Shown here: positions 26,603-40,656 of the stretch, piece after piece
How the letters are laid out: each line of letters starts with the position of its first letter
Numbering within the stretch: the first letter of the stretch is position 1
From: the human T2T-CHM13v2.0 reference genome, Homo sapiens
NCBI RefSeq assembly: GCF_009914755.1
Contig: NC_060927.1
Reading direction: 5' to 3' (one strand)
Length of the DNA stretch: 64,000 nt
Made by a program: the position numbers and the translations under genes
The notes under the pieces: generated by a model
Told to the model about the DNA's origin: nothing
Database searches by the model: none
Seen by the model: the letters and a program-made list of their open reading frames with translations, nothing else

Positions 26603-27965
26603 ATGACATATACATATAGAAGCATGAATATTCTGTATATTACTTAAGTGCATAGGAGGAACTTAACCATAGGAAGTCCACAAGCCTTTGCTCCTTAAGT
26701 CCTGGCATCCAGATCTTCATTATGTTAGCAAAAGTTCAGAAAATGGAAACAAATGTGGCACTCAAATACACAACTATTTTATCTAGATGAAAAATTAAGC
26801 TTTCTTTGGAATTTGTGGGATTCAGTTGGGGGGCTCAGTTGCTTCTCTCTTAGAGGCAGGAAAACATCAGCACCCCAGGCAGCAGCCACAACCCTGTCTC
26901 CTGTTAAAGCCATTGCCTCTCCCAAGAACAAATGCAAATTCCCAGCTAAACTCCTGTGCACTTTCTAGGAGGAGGCTCACTTTGGTCCTTCTAGGATCAA
27001 TTTATCTGAATCTTTTCTTTTGAAGGCGGACCTGCAGCTTTATGTAGCCCTGAAACTCTGAACCAGCTTCTCATGCCAGCACCCCTTCTTTAGTCACTTC
27101 ATAATTCAAATTGCTGTTATCAGCATACACTATTTGCACTGATTTGACTTTTTCACATTGTTTTAAATCACTAATTTCCTATTAGGCAGATTCCTCACAT
27201 CAATACCATAAGCTAATGGCTCCCATGGTATTTGTTCATATCTTTCTCTTAAGATACTTAACACTTTTTACCTGGTAGGAGGATGATTTATAGTCATATG
27301 TGTCTTTCTTGCCAGACCTTTTAACTACTTAAGGTTAGAATTGCATCAAACCCATTGTTTTATCCCAACCAGTGCTTAACATGATATGGCACACGTAGCA
27401 GAGTCACAGTAAAAGTTTGCTGTAATTCACATAGACTTTGCCAGGAGTGCATAGAAGGATTAAGCATCAGAAGCAATGCAATCGCAAAGGTATCTCGTAC
27501 CATCAAGGGGTGAGGCCAACATCTTAGAAAATTAAGATCAAATATCATCCTTCATTTTTAATTTAAAGCTTCTAGCCAGTTGACCCAGAAACATCCCACA
27601 CCTCCACCATGACTCACCAATTTGTCTGAAATAATAAAGAGGAAAATGAGAGGCTATTAGCGCCACTTCCATTCTCCAGTCAATCATTGTTCTAAATTAT
27701 TAATCAGTTGAAGTATTGCCAAGAAATTTTCAGGCCTCTCTCCAAAAGTGTAAAGTAGTCATTTTCAAGTGAACAATTAACTATTTTATTCATCTAGAAG
27801 TTGTAGAATTTATAGACAAGCTGATTTCTGTGGATTTTCTTCCCCCCTTTTGGATGCTGGTGGAGGTAAGAGAGGTCTACATGAACTACAAATAGTTTCC
27901 TTTCCATCACTCACTTATTAATAACTAGAATCCTGTTTAAAAGGAATGTACTAAAATATTTTCTA

Positions 27966-28239
27966 GGCTGAAGCAGGAGGATTGCTTGAACCCAGGAGTT
28001 TGAGACTAGCCTGGGCAACATAGGGACACCCTGTCTCTACAAAAAAAAAGAAAAAAAAAAAGAAATTAAATTAGCTGGGTATGGTGGCATGTGCCTGTGG
28101 CCTTAACTACTTATGAAGCTGAGGTGGGAGGACGCCAGAGCCCGGGAGGTAGAGGCTACAGTGAGCCATGATTGTGCCACTGCACCCCAGCCTGGGCAGC
28201 AAAGAGATACTCTGTCTCAAAAATAAAGTAAAATAAAAT
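27966..28239 (+). mobile_element. AluJ, 5'-truncated
   Basis: GGAGGATTGCTTGAACCCAGGAGTTTGAG; TSD TAAAATATTT. Confidence 0.9.
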
Positions 28240-28619
28240 ATTTCCTGACCAGTTCAGCATTTATAATATTGTTCCTAATAGCATGCCACTCCTGACTGAT
28301 CATTGCTGGCAAAAGCAAAGTGATCGATTGTCACCACCCTGTTTGTCCCCAGGATTAACTTGGTAAAGAAGTACAGCCATGGTTTCTGCTTTCGTGGAGC
28401 TTACATTCTAGAGGAGACAGTGAAAAAGAAAGGTAAATAGACAAATGAAACAACTACAGCAAATTTTACTAAAAAAAAAAAATAAAATAAAGAAAGGAAA
28501 AAAGAGGCTAAGATAAAGAAAGGGGAGGTGTACCTTAAATAAGATGTCGATAAAGACCTCACTAGCAGGAATCATCCTCCATGGATCAGGAGAATCCTGA
28601 AACTGGGGACCTCATAGGC

Positions 28620-29990
28620 AGTCCAATCCAAAGTGTGAATAGGCCATGAACATTTTTAAAACTATATATTCAGTTCTGGTCATCTATTGACCTCAGAGAC
28701 ACTAGATTTCCAGTGGCATCCACTACTATGACTGCAATTGCTGAGGGGTAATTTTCTGAGCCAGAGTTGTAGCATGCAATTTGCCTTGTCATTCTCATCT
28801 GATGCTCATTAATAGTCCCAACTTTTATGTAAGGTATGTGCTTTCAAAGGTAGTGTGATATGTGGCTAAAAATATTGATTTTTTTCTTTTACACTTTTGT
28901 TTTTTTTAAAAGGAGGAAAAGTGAGCACTAATTTTTTTATTTCAACTGTATCTTTTGAAGGTTCATTATGCATATATTTTGATAATCTTGTCTATGAGAA
29001 TGAACCCTAGGACAATTAAATATCCTTTAATTTTGAGATGTGTAGTCTGGAAATACCTACATGGCCGTCCTAGGCTTTAGGTTCATTTTCTTTGAGAGGC
29101 TCAACCCCATATTATATCAGATATATTTACAGGTCAAAAGGCAAAATTGAAACAAATTTAGTTTAAAGATCTTAACTGGCTTTTATTTGTGATTCTAGAA
29201 TCAGACAAAACCTCACTGTATAAAAAAGAATGAGTGTTCCAATGAGCTGAGCAGAGGAGGTTTCCTTTACAGCTGGAAAAGGGATGAAGAAAGCAGAAAC
29301 AAAGAACCAAAAGCAAATTGGTTGTTTCCAAGTTACTTTCCTTGTAAAGGTTAAAGCAGAGGGACATCCTTATCATATTGGCTACAACTGGTCTAGTTGA
29401 GGATTTGGCTACTAGTTCTCCCCCCTGATTTCTTAGAAGGTCAGATGAAAAACTTGGTTTTGGCTTGGTGGCCAAAACTTCAGCATGAGTAATTCTATTT
29501 TGGTTTGGACTGTTGAGCTTGGTTCAGTAGTTCAGTCCAAACCAATGGACTTCTATAAATTTTATTCAACATACACGAAACAGTTTTTGTATGTGAGATC
29601 TGTGAAAAATATTTTTATACTTTTGCATTTAAAATTATTTGCTTATGTATAATTTGGTTAATTTAATTTTTTAAATTGCCTAAAATTTCCCAGTAATCAA
29701 CATGCAGTTTCAGGAATTCTTAAGAACTGAGAAAAGCTAACTCATAAAATGTCTCTAAGAGTAGACATTTTAATAACTATTACATTTAGTAATTAATCAC
29801 AATAGCATAAAATTTCATTTATTGACATATCATTAAATATGACATTGTTCAGATTGTGCAATTTCTGCATACACTGAAATCAAAGTAGTTTTTCTCTCTC
29901 TGTTAGTTCTGAATATTTTCATAGGCCCTTGAAAAATACATTGGCCCTAGTCATTAGTTCCTGGTACCTAAAGATTAAAGAGGCAATAGA
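28620..29990. mobile_element. Degenerate hAT-Tip100-like fossil hosting the LTR
   Basis: End region TAGGCCCTTGAAAA...GGCCCTAG...TACCTAAAGATTAA resembles Zaphod-type ends; boundaries uncertain. Confidence 0.35.
29132..29571 (-). mobile_element. ERV1 solo LTR (MER57/MER51/LTR54 group)
   Basis: Minus-strand start TGTTGAATAAAATTTATAGAAGTCCATTGGTTTGGACTGAAC; 4-bp TSD TACA at 29128-29131 and 29572-29575. Confidence 0.78.
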
Positions 29991-30221
29991 ATATGTGTGT
30001 ATTCCCAGGTCTTACATGGCACTAGATAGTGGGGGTCTTTTCCCCCTAAATAAAGTGGATGCTATTATAACCATGCATGACTCCAGTTAGACCCAGATGA
30101 ATGTACCAAAATCACTACCATTTAAAAAGCATAAAAAACCTTGCCCTCAATTTACTGTGATTTGCAAACTCTCCTCTGAAGTTTCACTGAACCCCACTTA
30201 TAAATATCATCTTGCTTCTTT

Positions 30222-30392
30222 AGCAAATTCTCAAACCTTAGTACATAAGAATCACCCAGAGCTCTTATTAAAAACAGATTCCTGGGCCCTGACCCCAAAG
30301 AATCTTATTTAATAGATCTAAGTGGAGCCCAGAAATCAGAGTTTTTAACCTTCTGAAACCTTAAAGGTTGTATAAGCCTTTAGAAAACATTA
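30222..30392. mobile_element. MER5A
   Basis: TTCTCAAACCTTAG...AGAATCACC...CAGATTCCTGGGCCC. Confidence 0.75.
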
Positions 30393-30475
30393 GTTGATGT
30401 GAGCAGGGTTGATGATAACAGCTGGTAAGATTAGTCTTGACTTGAGCTACTGAACAACTCAAGTCCATTTAGGCT

Positions 30476-30610
30476 AGTCTCTCTCAACCCTGGCTCATAC
30501 TAGAATCCCCTGGGGCTTTTAAAGCACTTTACCCCCAAGGATTCTGATTTCTTCTGTATGGGCATTGGTATTTTTTAAAGCTACCATATAAACAAATTGA
30601 GAAACCCTAC
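30476..30610. mobile_element. MER5A1-like
   Basis: CTCTCAACCCTGGCT...TAGAATCCCCTGGGG...GATTCTGATT...TTGAGAAACC. Confidence 0.65.
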
Positions 30611-31559
30611 CAGCCTAAGGGCATTTCTGTCAGAAAGGATTAACCCACACACTGCGGTGATGATAAGGCCTAACACTCCTACAAAATGCAAACACTGAAG
30701 CAGAGATTTCGCAAGACTAAAATCCATCTGGAGCTCTTGATTCCCAGTTTGTGTCAGCCTCAACACACCCAAGTTGGCCTTAACAGTTATGGCACAAGAA
30801 AATGAGCCCTTCCCTTTAGTTTTCATCAGCTGGCAGAATGATTTAGTAGCTCTATTATAAAAGCAACTCCATTATAATTACAGTGTTTGAATTATAAACA
30901 AAACAAGAAAAATACAGAAGGAATAGTCCTTTAGTCAAAACTGTAAAACAGAACAATTTCTGGCTGCAGTTAAAAGCAAACTGAAATATTAAGAGTAAGC
31001 TCTCCAGCCCTTTGATTCTTGCCTCTTTCCCATAGGAGCGACACTACACATTTTTTCAATTAAGCAGTTTGACAACCTGAAGAAACCCACAGTGCATGAT
31101 TTAATGAGCATATACTGTGTGCATGGTAATCGGCAAGCTGACAGTTTGCTCATTTCAAACTGACAAGAGAGCACTACACATTAGTAGAAAGGTTTCTTGG
31201 GTCTCTTTTCATTAAATAAGCTTTACAGTTGAGGAACATTCCAACTGTATTGGCAAAGCTGTCACTAATGGTCCCCAGGCAACCTTAACTCTCTGTCACT
31301 CTCCAAGTCCTCAAGTCTTGATGAAGAAATTGCTTCTTAAAAAACAAAGCACAAAAACAAAATATAGATATTTAAAGTTCTCTGGATGTTGTCAGGGGCA
31401 AGGTGGAGCTTTCTGAGCCATGAATCCACTGGTGATTTCACAGTACATGAATTCTAACCCAGTATGTGCTGGTTCTTCATGCAGATCACTTTATAAACTG
31501 GAATTGTTTTTAGAAATAATGCCCAAACTGTTAAATTATTCAATAGTTTAGAAATGATT

Positions 31560-31772
31560 CAGCGTACTGGAAAAAACATAGGCCTTGGTGACAGAGAGAT
31601 AGGGGTTCGAATTCTGACTAAAATACTTCTCTGTGGCCTTGGTCAAATTACATCATTTCTCAGGGGCTCAGTTTCCTAATTTATGAAACATGGACAATAA
31701 CATCTGCTTTGTATGAACAAGATCGTAAAAGTCTTTCGCACAGTTACTGACAACACAGGCATACTTAAATAG
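31560..31772 (+). mobile_element. MIR
   Basis: GGTTCGAATTCTGAC...CTCAGTTTCCTAATTTATGAAA. Confidence 0.7.
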
Positions 31773-32808
31773 AGACTAGTTTACCCACAGAAATTCAGAG
31801 TATGGGGTTTTAACAAAGCTAACTATAGTCTGACTGTCCTGAGATTTCTACCATGAGCCTTTATTGGAGTTCTATAAGAAGAAAAACAGTAAGCTAACAT
31901 TCACTCACAAATGGGATTTTATTTAATCCTACTAAGATTCTGAATTTTGGGTGTTATTACACCTGTTTTTATAAAATCTCGAAATAAGAAGGGTTCTTAG
32001 AGGTCATATGAGGAATTTCTGACATTTTAACTTTTCTGATTACAAGAATATGAAACTACTGTTTCCCTCTTTGCTCTGCTTGTCAGAAAACTCGAGTGAA
32101 TTCTCATGCTAAATGTATGTTTGCAACTCTGTTAGCAGTAGCGGTTAGCAGATTTGTTTCCTGATTTTCTATACATATGTTAGTAACCTTACTTAAAATA
32201 GTTTATAAGCTACCCTGAAGGAAGTTGAGATTTCTTAGCTAACTAGTAAGATCCATAACAAGAATCCATGTCACCTGACTCCAGGCTAGGACACCTCACA
32301 TATAACATGGAAATGACATAGAAAACCCCAGAAGCAAGTACAGTGAAGCCATAGCTTATTGCTTGGGTCCTATGCCATGAAGATGATCAAACATATTAGC
32401 CTTCTAGTTACGAGGAAAAAATATGGAAGCTTCAGGGTCCTTATTTCTAAAATAGGGATAATATATATTTCTAAGATCATTGTAAAGATTTAGAGAGAAT
32501 ATTTTCAAAATCAGCCAGTGTGGCATTCGATACATAGTAACATTTTAAAAGTCTGAAATGTTGACTCTAAGAAATAATTGTAGTTCTACTAATTACAAGT
32601 AAAACACAAATGCATAGACCCTTAAACATGATTTAGAAATCATTTATCCCTCCAAACTTCACGCACTGATGTAAAATTCTGCCCCAGGCTAGGTGAAGAT
32701 CCATACTTGCTGTCTTTCTCTCATGTCACAGAGTACACGGAGATCTGGAAAAGTTGTCCATAAATTCCAAATTCTTAATATAAACATGTCTATTGGAAAT
32801 ACAGACTC

Positions 32809-33122
<314 letters not shown>

Positions 33123-33594
33123 TGACATTTTCAGGTTTAATAATTTATACTTCAGGGTACTCACAAAACTGGGCCAAAATCATGGTCTACCTCTATGTGA
33201 AATACCAAGTTTCCCTATGTCTCACAGCCATGACTCCACTGGTGACTTCACAGTACACGAATTCTAACCCATAAATTGACTATATCCAGAATGTAGCCAG
33301 ACATACCATAAAGATGTTCATTTATCTTCAAGGGAGTCCACAAAAATAGCACTGTAGTTCCTCATATGCATACCCTAACAAAAATGAGTCAGTGGTGTTT
33401 CCCCAGAGAAAAACGATGCTGTGCAGTGGAAGCAGCTTTGGAAACAGACAGATTCAGATTTGAAGGCTGGCTCTGCTATCCATTAGTTGTATGACATTGG
33501 ACAACATAGTATGAACCTCTTAGAGCCATAGATTCTTCCACTGGCAAATGGAGGAGACACTTTGAACTTATATAACTATTGTAAGCAGGGGTTA

Positions 33595-33981
33595 TGTTAT
33601 GATTTAAATGTCCCCTCCAAAAATTATGTTAAAATTTAACTGCCATTGTCATGGTATGGAGAAGAGGGACCATCAAGAGGTGGGACCACTGAGAGATGAT
33701 TAGGTCTTGAGAGCTCTACCTTCATAAATGGATTAACATCATTATGAAGAAAGTAGGTTTGTTATCATGAGTGAGTTATTATAAAAATGAGTTTGGCCCT
33801 CTCATTGGCTCATTTTCATTTTCTCCTGCCCTTCTGCTTGCCTCCATGGGATGACAAGCACAAAGGCCCTCACCAGATGCCAGCACCTTGCTGTTGTACT
33901 TCCCAACTTCCAGAACCATGAACCAAATAAATTTATTTTCTTTTAATAAATTGCCCAATCTCGGGTATTCTGTTATAGCAG
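33595..33981 (+). mobile_element. MST-family MaLR solo LTR inside a MIR
   Basis: TGTTATGATTTAAATGTCCCCTCC...TGTTATAGCAGAAACAAAATGGACTAAGACA. Confidence 0.85.
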
Positions 33982-34429
33982 AAACAAAATGGACTAAGAC
34001 AAATGATATTTAAAATATTTAACCATTAGTATGGTAAAGGCACCAACCAGCATAGGCTTAATGCCTGTTCTGGTGCATACTAATTAAATATGAACTCCAT
34101 TTGAAGAATTTTGAAGGCATCCAACTTGATCCTAGATCATGGGAGCTGCTTAAACATATACAACGCATTAAATGAAGCAAACACGTGTTGTAAAACATTA
34201 CAATAAAAAACTTAGCAGCAGTTATACTGAGATCTCTATACTCTCCAATTACATTTTTTCACCTGTGTTGTTTTTATTCCATGATTTTATTAAATGATTG
34301 TTAGCTTAAAGTGATGAGCCACTTGCGTCTTTTGACTCATGATTGAGACAGTCGTCAAAAAATTCTAGATTTGAAAAGACATAAAGTGATCTCACTTGGA
34401 ATTTTATCAAGTCTATATTCATGTATAAT

Positions 34430-37400
34430 CCTTATGTCTTCTTAATTTAATGACTCCTTTATTATGACACACTCTTCTTCTTTATCTCTGATAATATTTT
34501 TTGTCTTAAAGTTGAGTTTGTCTGATATTATTATAGCCACTCTAGACTTCCTATGCTGTTTCCATGGTGTATTTATTTCCATCAATTTATTTTAAACCTA
34601 TCTGTGTTTTTTTATTTAAAGGCTATCTCTTAACAGAACATAGCTGTTCTTGCTTTTTTATACATTCTAATCATCTCAGCATTTTTTTGAATATTTATTT
34701 ATTTTTGTTTGTTTGGTTTCTTTGCCCACAAAACTTATTCATTTTGTCAATCATTTGAAAGTAGCTTGCATTCATAAAGCCCTTGGGCTTAGGTCTTTTT
34801 AAAAAAAATTCATTCATCTGTTTTTATGTGTTTATTTTTTCAAGTTTCATTTTAGATTCAGGGGGTATATTTGCATGTTTGTTACCTGGGTATATTGCAT
34901 CATGCTGAGGTTTGGGATATGAATGGTAGCATTACCCAGGTACTGAGCATAGTACTCACCATTTGGTTTTTCAACCTTTTCCCCTCTCCCTTCTTCCCTG
35001 CTCTAGTAGTCCCCAGTGTCTATTGTTACCATCTTCACGTCCACACGTACCCAAAGTTTAGTTCCTACTTACAAGTGAGAACATGTGGCATTTAGTTTTC
35101 TGTTCCTGCATTAAATTGCTAGGATAATGGTGTCTGGCTGCATCCACGTGGCTGCAAAGGACATGATTCGATTCTTTTTTATTACTGCATAATATCCCAT
35201 GATATACATGTACCAAATTTTCTTTATCTGATCCACCATTGATGGGCACCTAGGTTGAGTCCATATCTTTGCTATTGTGAATAGTGCTGTGACAATGAAC
35301 ATGCAAGTACATGTGTCTTTGGTAGAATGATTTGTTTTCTTTTGGATCTATACACAGTAATGGAATCGCTGGATCGAATGGTAGTTCTGTTTTAAGTTCT
35401 TTGGGAAATCACCAAACTGCTTTCCACAGTGGCCGAACTAATTTACATTCCCACCAACAGTGTATAAGCATTCCTGTTTCTCAGCAGCCTCACCAACATG
35501 TGGTTTTTTTTTGTTTGTTTAGTTTTGTTTTGTTTTTGTTGTTTTTTTTTTTTTTACTTTAGCCATTCTGACTGGTGTGAGATGGTATCTCATGGTGGTT
35601 TTGATTTGTATTTCTCTGATGATTAGGGACAATGAGCATTTTTTCATGTTTGTTGGCCACTTGTATGTCTGTCTCCCTTTGAGAAGTTTCTGTTCATGTC
35701 TTTTGCCCACTTTTTAATGGGGTTGGTTTTTGCTTGTTCAATCATTTAAGTTCCTTATAGACTCCAGATATTAGACCTTTAGTGGTTGTGTAATTTGTGA
35801 ATATTTTCTGTCATCCTGTAGGTTGTTTACTCTGTTGACAGTTTCTTTTGCTGTGCAGAAGCTCTCTGGTTTGATTAGTCTCACTTGTCAATTTTTGGTT
35901 TTGTTGCAATTGCTTTTGAGGACTTAGTCATAAATTCTTTCCCAAGGCTGATGTCCAGAATGGTGTTTCCTAGGTTTTCCTCTAGGATTCTCATACTTTG
36001 AGTTCTTACATTTAAATCTTTACTCCATATGGAGTTAGCTTTGTATATGGTGAAATGTAGGGGTCCAGTTTCATTCTTCTGTATATGGCTAGCCAGTTAT
36101 CCCAGCGCCATTTATTAAATAAGGAAACCTTTCTCCATTGCTTTTGTTAACTTTGTTGAAGATCAGATGGTTGTAAGTGTGCAGCTTTATTTCTGGGTTC
36201 TCTAGTCTGTTCCATTGGTTTCTGTGTCTGTCTTGTACCAGTACTATACTGGTTTGGTTACTGTAGCCTTGTAGTATAGCTTGGAGTTGGAAAATGTGTG
36301 CCTCCAGCTTTGTTCTTTTTGTTTAAGTTTGCTTTGGCTATTCAGTCTCTTTTTTGATTCCACATGTACTTTATAATAGTTTTTTCCAGTTCTGTGAAAT
36401 ATGGTAGAGTAGTTTTATAAACTACCTGTATAAAACCTGTAGATTATTTTGGGCAGTATGGCCACATTAATGAAATTGATTCTTCCAATCCATGAGCATG
36501 GAATGTTTTTCCTTCTGTTTGTGTCTTCTGTGATTTCTTTTAGCAGTGTTTTGTGGTTCCCCTTGTAGATACATTTCATCTCCTTGGTTAGATGTATTCC
36601 TAAGTATTTTATATACTTCTATTTTTTCAGGCTATTGTAAATGAGATTTCCTTCTTGATTTGGCTCGCAAGTTGAACATTATTGGTGTACAGAAATGCTA
36701 CTGATTTCTGTACATTGATTTAATGACCTGAAACTTTACTGTAGTTGTTTCTGAGTTCTAGGAGGCTTTTGGTGGCGTCTTTGAGTTTTTTAGGAATAGA
36801 ATCATATTGTCTGCAAAGAGAGATAGTTTGATTTCTTCTTTTCCTATTAAGATGCATTTTATTTCTTTCTCTTGCCTGATTGCTGTGGCTAGCACTTCCA
36901 GTACTATGTTGAATAGGAGTAGTAAGAGTGGGCATCTTTGTCTTGTTCCAGTTCGCAAGGGTAATGCTTTCAGTTTTTGCCCATTCAGTATGATATTGGC
37001 TGTGGTTTTATCATAGATGGCTCTTATTATTTAGAGGTATGTTCTTCAGTGCCTACTTTCTTGAAGTTTTTTATCATGAAGGGATGTTGGATTATAGCAA
37101 AAGCTTTTTCTACATCTAGTGAGATGATTCTAAGGCTTTTTAAAAATCCTATTTATGTGGTGAATCACATTTGTATTTGCTCATGTTGGACCAAATTTCC
37201 ATGCCAGAATGAAGCCTACTTGATCATGGTAAATTAACCTTTTGATGTGCTGTTGAATTTGGTTTGCTGGTATTATGTTCAGGATTTTTGCCTCTATGTT
37301 CATCAGGGATATTGGCCTGTTGATTTCTTTTTTTTTATTGTGTGTTTGTCAGGTTTGCTATCAGGGTGATGCACAGAATGAGTTTGGGAGGAGTTGCTCC

Positions 37401-39772
37401 TCTTCAATTTTTTGGAATAGTTCAGTAGAATTGTACCAGCTCTTCTTTGTACATCAGGTAGAATTTTGCTATGACACTGCCACATTTTAATTAGTGATTA
37501 GTCCACTGACATTTAGTCTGATGACTGATATGGTTGCATTTAGAGCTGCAAGTTTATTATATGTTTTCTGTTTGCTCCTCCACTTCTTGTTTTTCTTTTT
37601 CTTCCCTCTGCAACTTTTGGATCATTTTTTTCTTAATTTAGGATTCTATTTTATCTTTGGATTTTCAGTGGTTTTTCTAGGAATTAAAACGTATATTCTT
37701 GATCTTTCACAGTCTACTTAGATTTAATTTTATACTATCTCATATAAAATTGGAAAACCTTGCAACTGTATAAATCCATTTGCCACTGCCTCCATTCTTT
37801 ATGCTATAAAGTCATATGGATTACATCTGTACATATTACATTATAAACACCACAAGACAATGTTATAATTTTTGCTTTAACAGGTCCTGTGTAGTTAAAG
37901 ATCTTATCATGAAAAACTAGTCTTTTATATTTACAATTTCCAAAATTTTTTCATTCCTTCTTGAAGACTTAAGATTCCATCTGGTGTTATCTCACTTTAT
38001 AGCCTGAACAATCTTTCCTTTAGCATTTCTGTGGGGCAGGTCTGCTGATAATAAATGCTCTTAGTTTCCTTTTATCTGAAAATGTACTAATTTGCCTTTA
38101 CTCACAAAGGATATTTTTGCTACACATAGAATTCCGGATTAACAGTGTTTTGCTTTTTTTTTTACCCCTCGTTTGTACTTTAAAAACATCATTTCACTTT
38201 TTCTGGCCTTTATAAATTCTGATGAGAAGTCATCGTTCATTTAAAGCATTGTTCCACCAAAGATACCGTGCCATTTTTCTCTGGCTACTATCAAGATTCT
38301 CTCTTTATTGCTGGTCCTCACCAGTTGGAATATGATGTACCTATGCACAGTTTTCTTCAAATGTATCCCATTTGGGGTTCACTGCATTTCTTGATCTATG
38401 CATTTATGTATTTCACCAAATTTGAAAATTTGGGCCCATTATTTCTTCAAATATTTTGTTCTGTTTCATTCTCTTTCTCTTCTCCTTCTGAGACTCCAAT
38501 TACATGTAAGCTAGACATTTTAATTTCTGTTACACAGGTCCCTGAGTCTCTGTTTATTTTTTTTATTCAGTCATTTTAAGTCTTTTTTTCTGTCTGTTCT
38601 TCCAAAAGAAAATTTCTATGGATCTATCTTTAAGTTCACTAACACTTTCCTTTGTTTCCTCCAGTTGCTGTAAGTATACTCAATGAGTTTTTATTTCAAA
38701 TACTGTATTTTTCAGTTTCAGGATTTCTATTTGGTTCTTTTTGCAGTTTCTGTTTACTACCTTCTTATTCATTATGAGTTTATTTTCCTATTATTTGTGG
38801 AGCATGGTTAAAATAGCCACTTTAAAATCTTTGTTAATTCCCACATTTGGCTCATCTTGGAATTGGTCTCAGATAATTGCTTTTTGTCTTCAGAATGAGT
38901 CACATTTTATTGGGTTTCCATATAGCGTGTAATTTGGGGTTGTATGATATGCAAGTATTGATGTTATTGTATGAAGAGCTTCAATCCTGTTATAGTTTTC
39001 TGAAGGGTATTGATTTATTTGTTTTAGCAGGCAATTAGTTATACTCAAATTTAAAACTATCCCCTGGGTAGCAGCTCGAATCTCAGTTCAGTTCTTTTAT
39101 CTTTGTGATAATTTGTGTCTGCTCCATCAAGAATATACACATGACATATACCTCAGAATTACATGACGTGATCTCACTTGGAATTTTATCAAGTGCATAT
39201 TCATCTACAATTCTTACTTCTTCTTAATATAATGATTTACTATCATGAAATGTTCTCCTTCATCTCTGGTAACTCTTTTTGTCTGAAAGTTTAGTTTGTC
39301 TCATATTAATAAATTCAAGGGTCAACCAGAAATTTGGGTAGTGTTTATATACAGATTTGGGAGCTTCCCCTCTCTGCCTCTCTTCTTTCCAAGATTCTGA
39401 ATTCATTTTCCTGTGGCTATGATTGCCCTGAACCCTGTTCTTTGGGTCTTCAAACCAAAAACACTGTGAGTTTTCTATTGGAGGATGGCCACCCGAAGTG
39501 ACATTAATTTTAGCCTGTTCTCACTCTAAAAGTTGTAAAATGGGAAACTCACTCTGGACCGACCTGTGCTTCCAAGTTTTGAATTTCAGCTCCCCTCCAG
39601 AATCTGTCTGCTTAATTTTATTCTCTAATGCTTCCAGGTAATTTCTTTTTTCTTTTCTTTTTTCTTTTCTTTTTTTTTTTTTTGTTTTTGGTCTTTTGGT
39701 ACTTTATAGTTGATATCTGTGAGAATTTCGGATCCAGTAGAACTTACTTAGCCATATTGGAAATGGAAACAA
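34430..39772 (-). mobile_element. Old L1M (ORF2 start/ORF1/5'UTR region) interrupted by a younger L1 and a templated insertion
   Basis: L1 blocks at 34430-34684 resume at 37481 and run to the 5'-terminal motif GCCATATTGGAAATGGAAAC (~39770). Confidence 0.7.
34820..37470 (-). mobile_element. L1PA15/16- or L1PB-like, 5'-truncated (~2.6 kb), ORF2 disrupted
   Basis: 3'UTR TTTTAGATTCAGGGGGTA...GGTATATTGCATCATGCTGAGG; ORF2 fragments in the ORF track (TGTRQRCPL...[10 protein letters not shown]...[26 protein letters not shown]) broken by stops and frameshifts. Confidence 0.92.
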
Positions 39773-40229
39773 GTAAAAACATTTAGGAAACATTCCTTTG
39801 CATTTCCTAACACCTCTCCTCAAAATACTTAACCTCCGTCCATTCCCTCATTTAGTGACATTTGAGTTTGGTTTTAAGTAGAAATAGAAGCCAGGCTCAG
39901 GGCTTCCTTGATCATCTTGCCAAGTACATGAGAAGACTTGGAATGAAAACACAGCATAAAGTTAAATGATAGAATGATAGAACATCAATCAATTCTAGCT
40001 CTTAGACTGGTGGCATTTAATCTCAAAGCAATGAGGCTTATACAGAATCATGACTACCAGTGATTATCTACATGGTACTTTGCCACGTTATTTTACCTTA
40101 TTTCTTTGGTCTCAGATATCTCTAAATCCTGCCTCATTGAAAACTGCAATAGATAATATGCCACGAGAAACAGAATACTGAAAATCCTAAAATGCCAACC
40201 CAGAGTTGGTAATTGCACAATTCCTTCTA

Positions 40230-40430
40230 ATCATAATCATTATGGCTTCCACTTCTTGAAAGCTTCTGTATACCAGCCACCTTGCTAACCACTTTACATT
40301 AATTGTCAGTTAATCCTTCACAACTATTCTTTGAGCAGTTCCCATAACTAGCTTCATTTTACGGAGGAAGTAACCAGAGTTCCGAGAGGTTGAGTTCACT
40401 AAGAGCACACAGCAAACAGTAGAACTCTGA
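40230..40430 (-). mobile_element. MIR
   Basis: TTAATCCTTCACAAC...CATTTTACGGAGGAAGTAAC...AGAGGTTGAGT. Confidence 0.7.
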
Positions 40431-40656
40431 GTCAGTCTTTGTAAAGAGAAGAAATAGCAAAGGGGTTTTGGAGACATCAGGCACATACTCTTTACTATTA
40501 GGAGAGAAGATAGAAGTCTTTCTAGGAGTAAGTAGGGTTTCTAAAACTTAAATAGTCTACAGTCCTTTTTGTCAGTAATTATTGATATTAAAATGCCACC
40601 CTTCCAGAAACAATATATTTTATATTGACAGCTTTTATGTTTAAAAAGAACCTTCT

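Noticed and set aside
35058-37485. L1 ORF2-like peptides as a functional reverse transcriptase
   Set aside because: Short fragments broken by stops, frameshifts and deletions in a 5'-truncated old L1.
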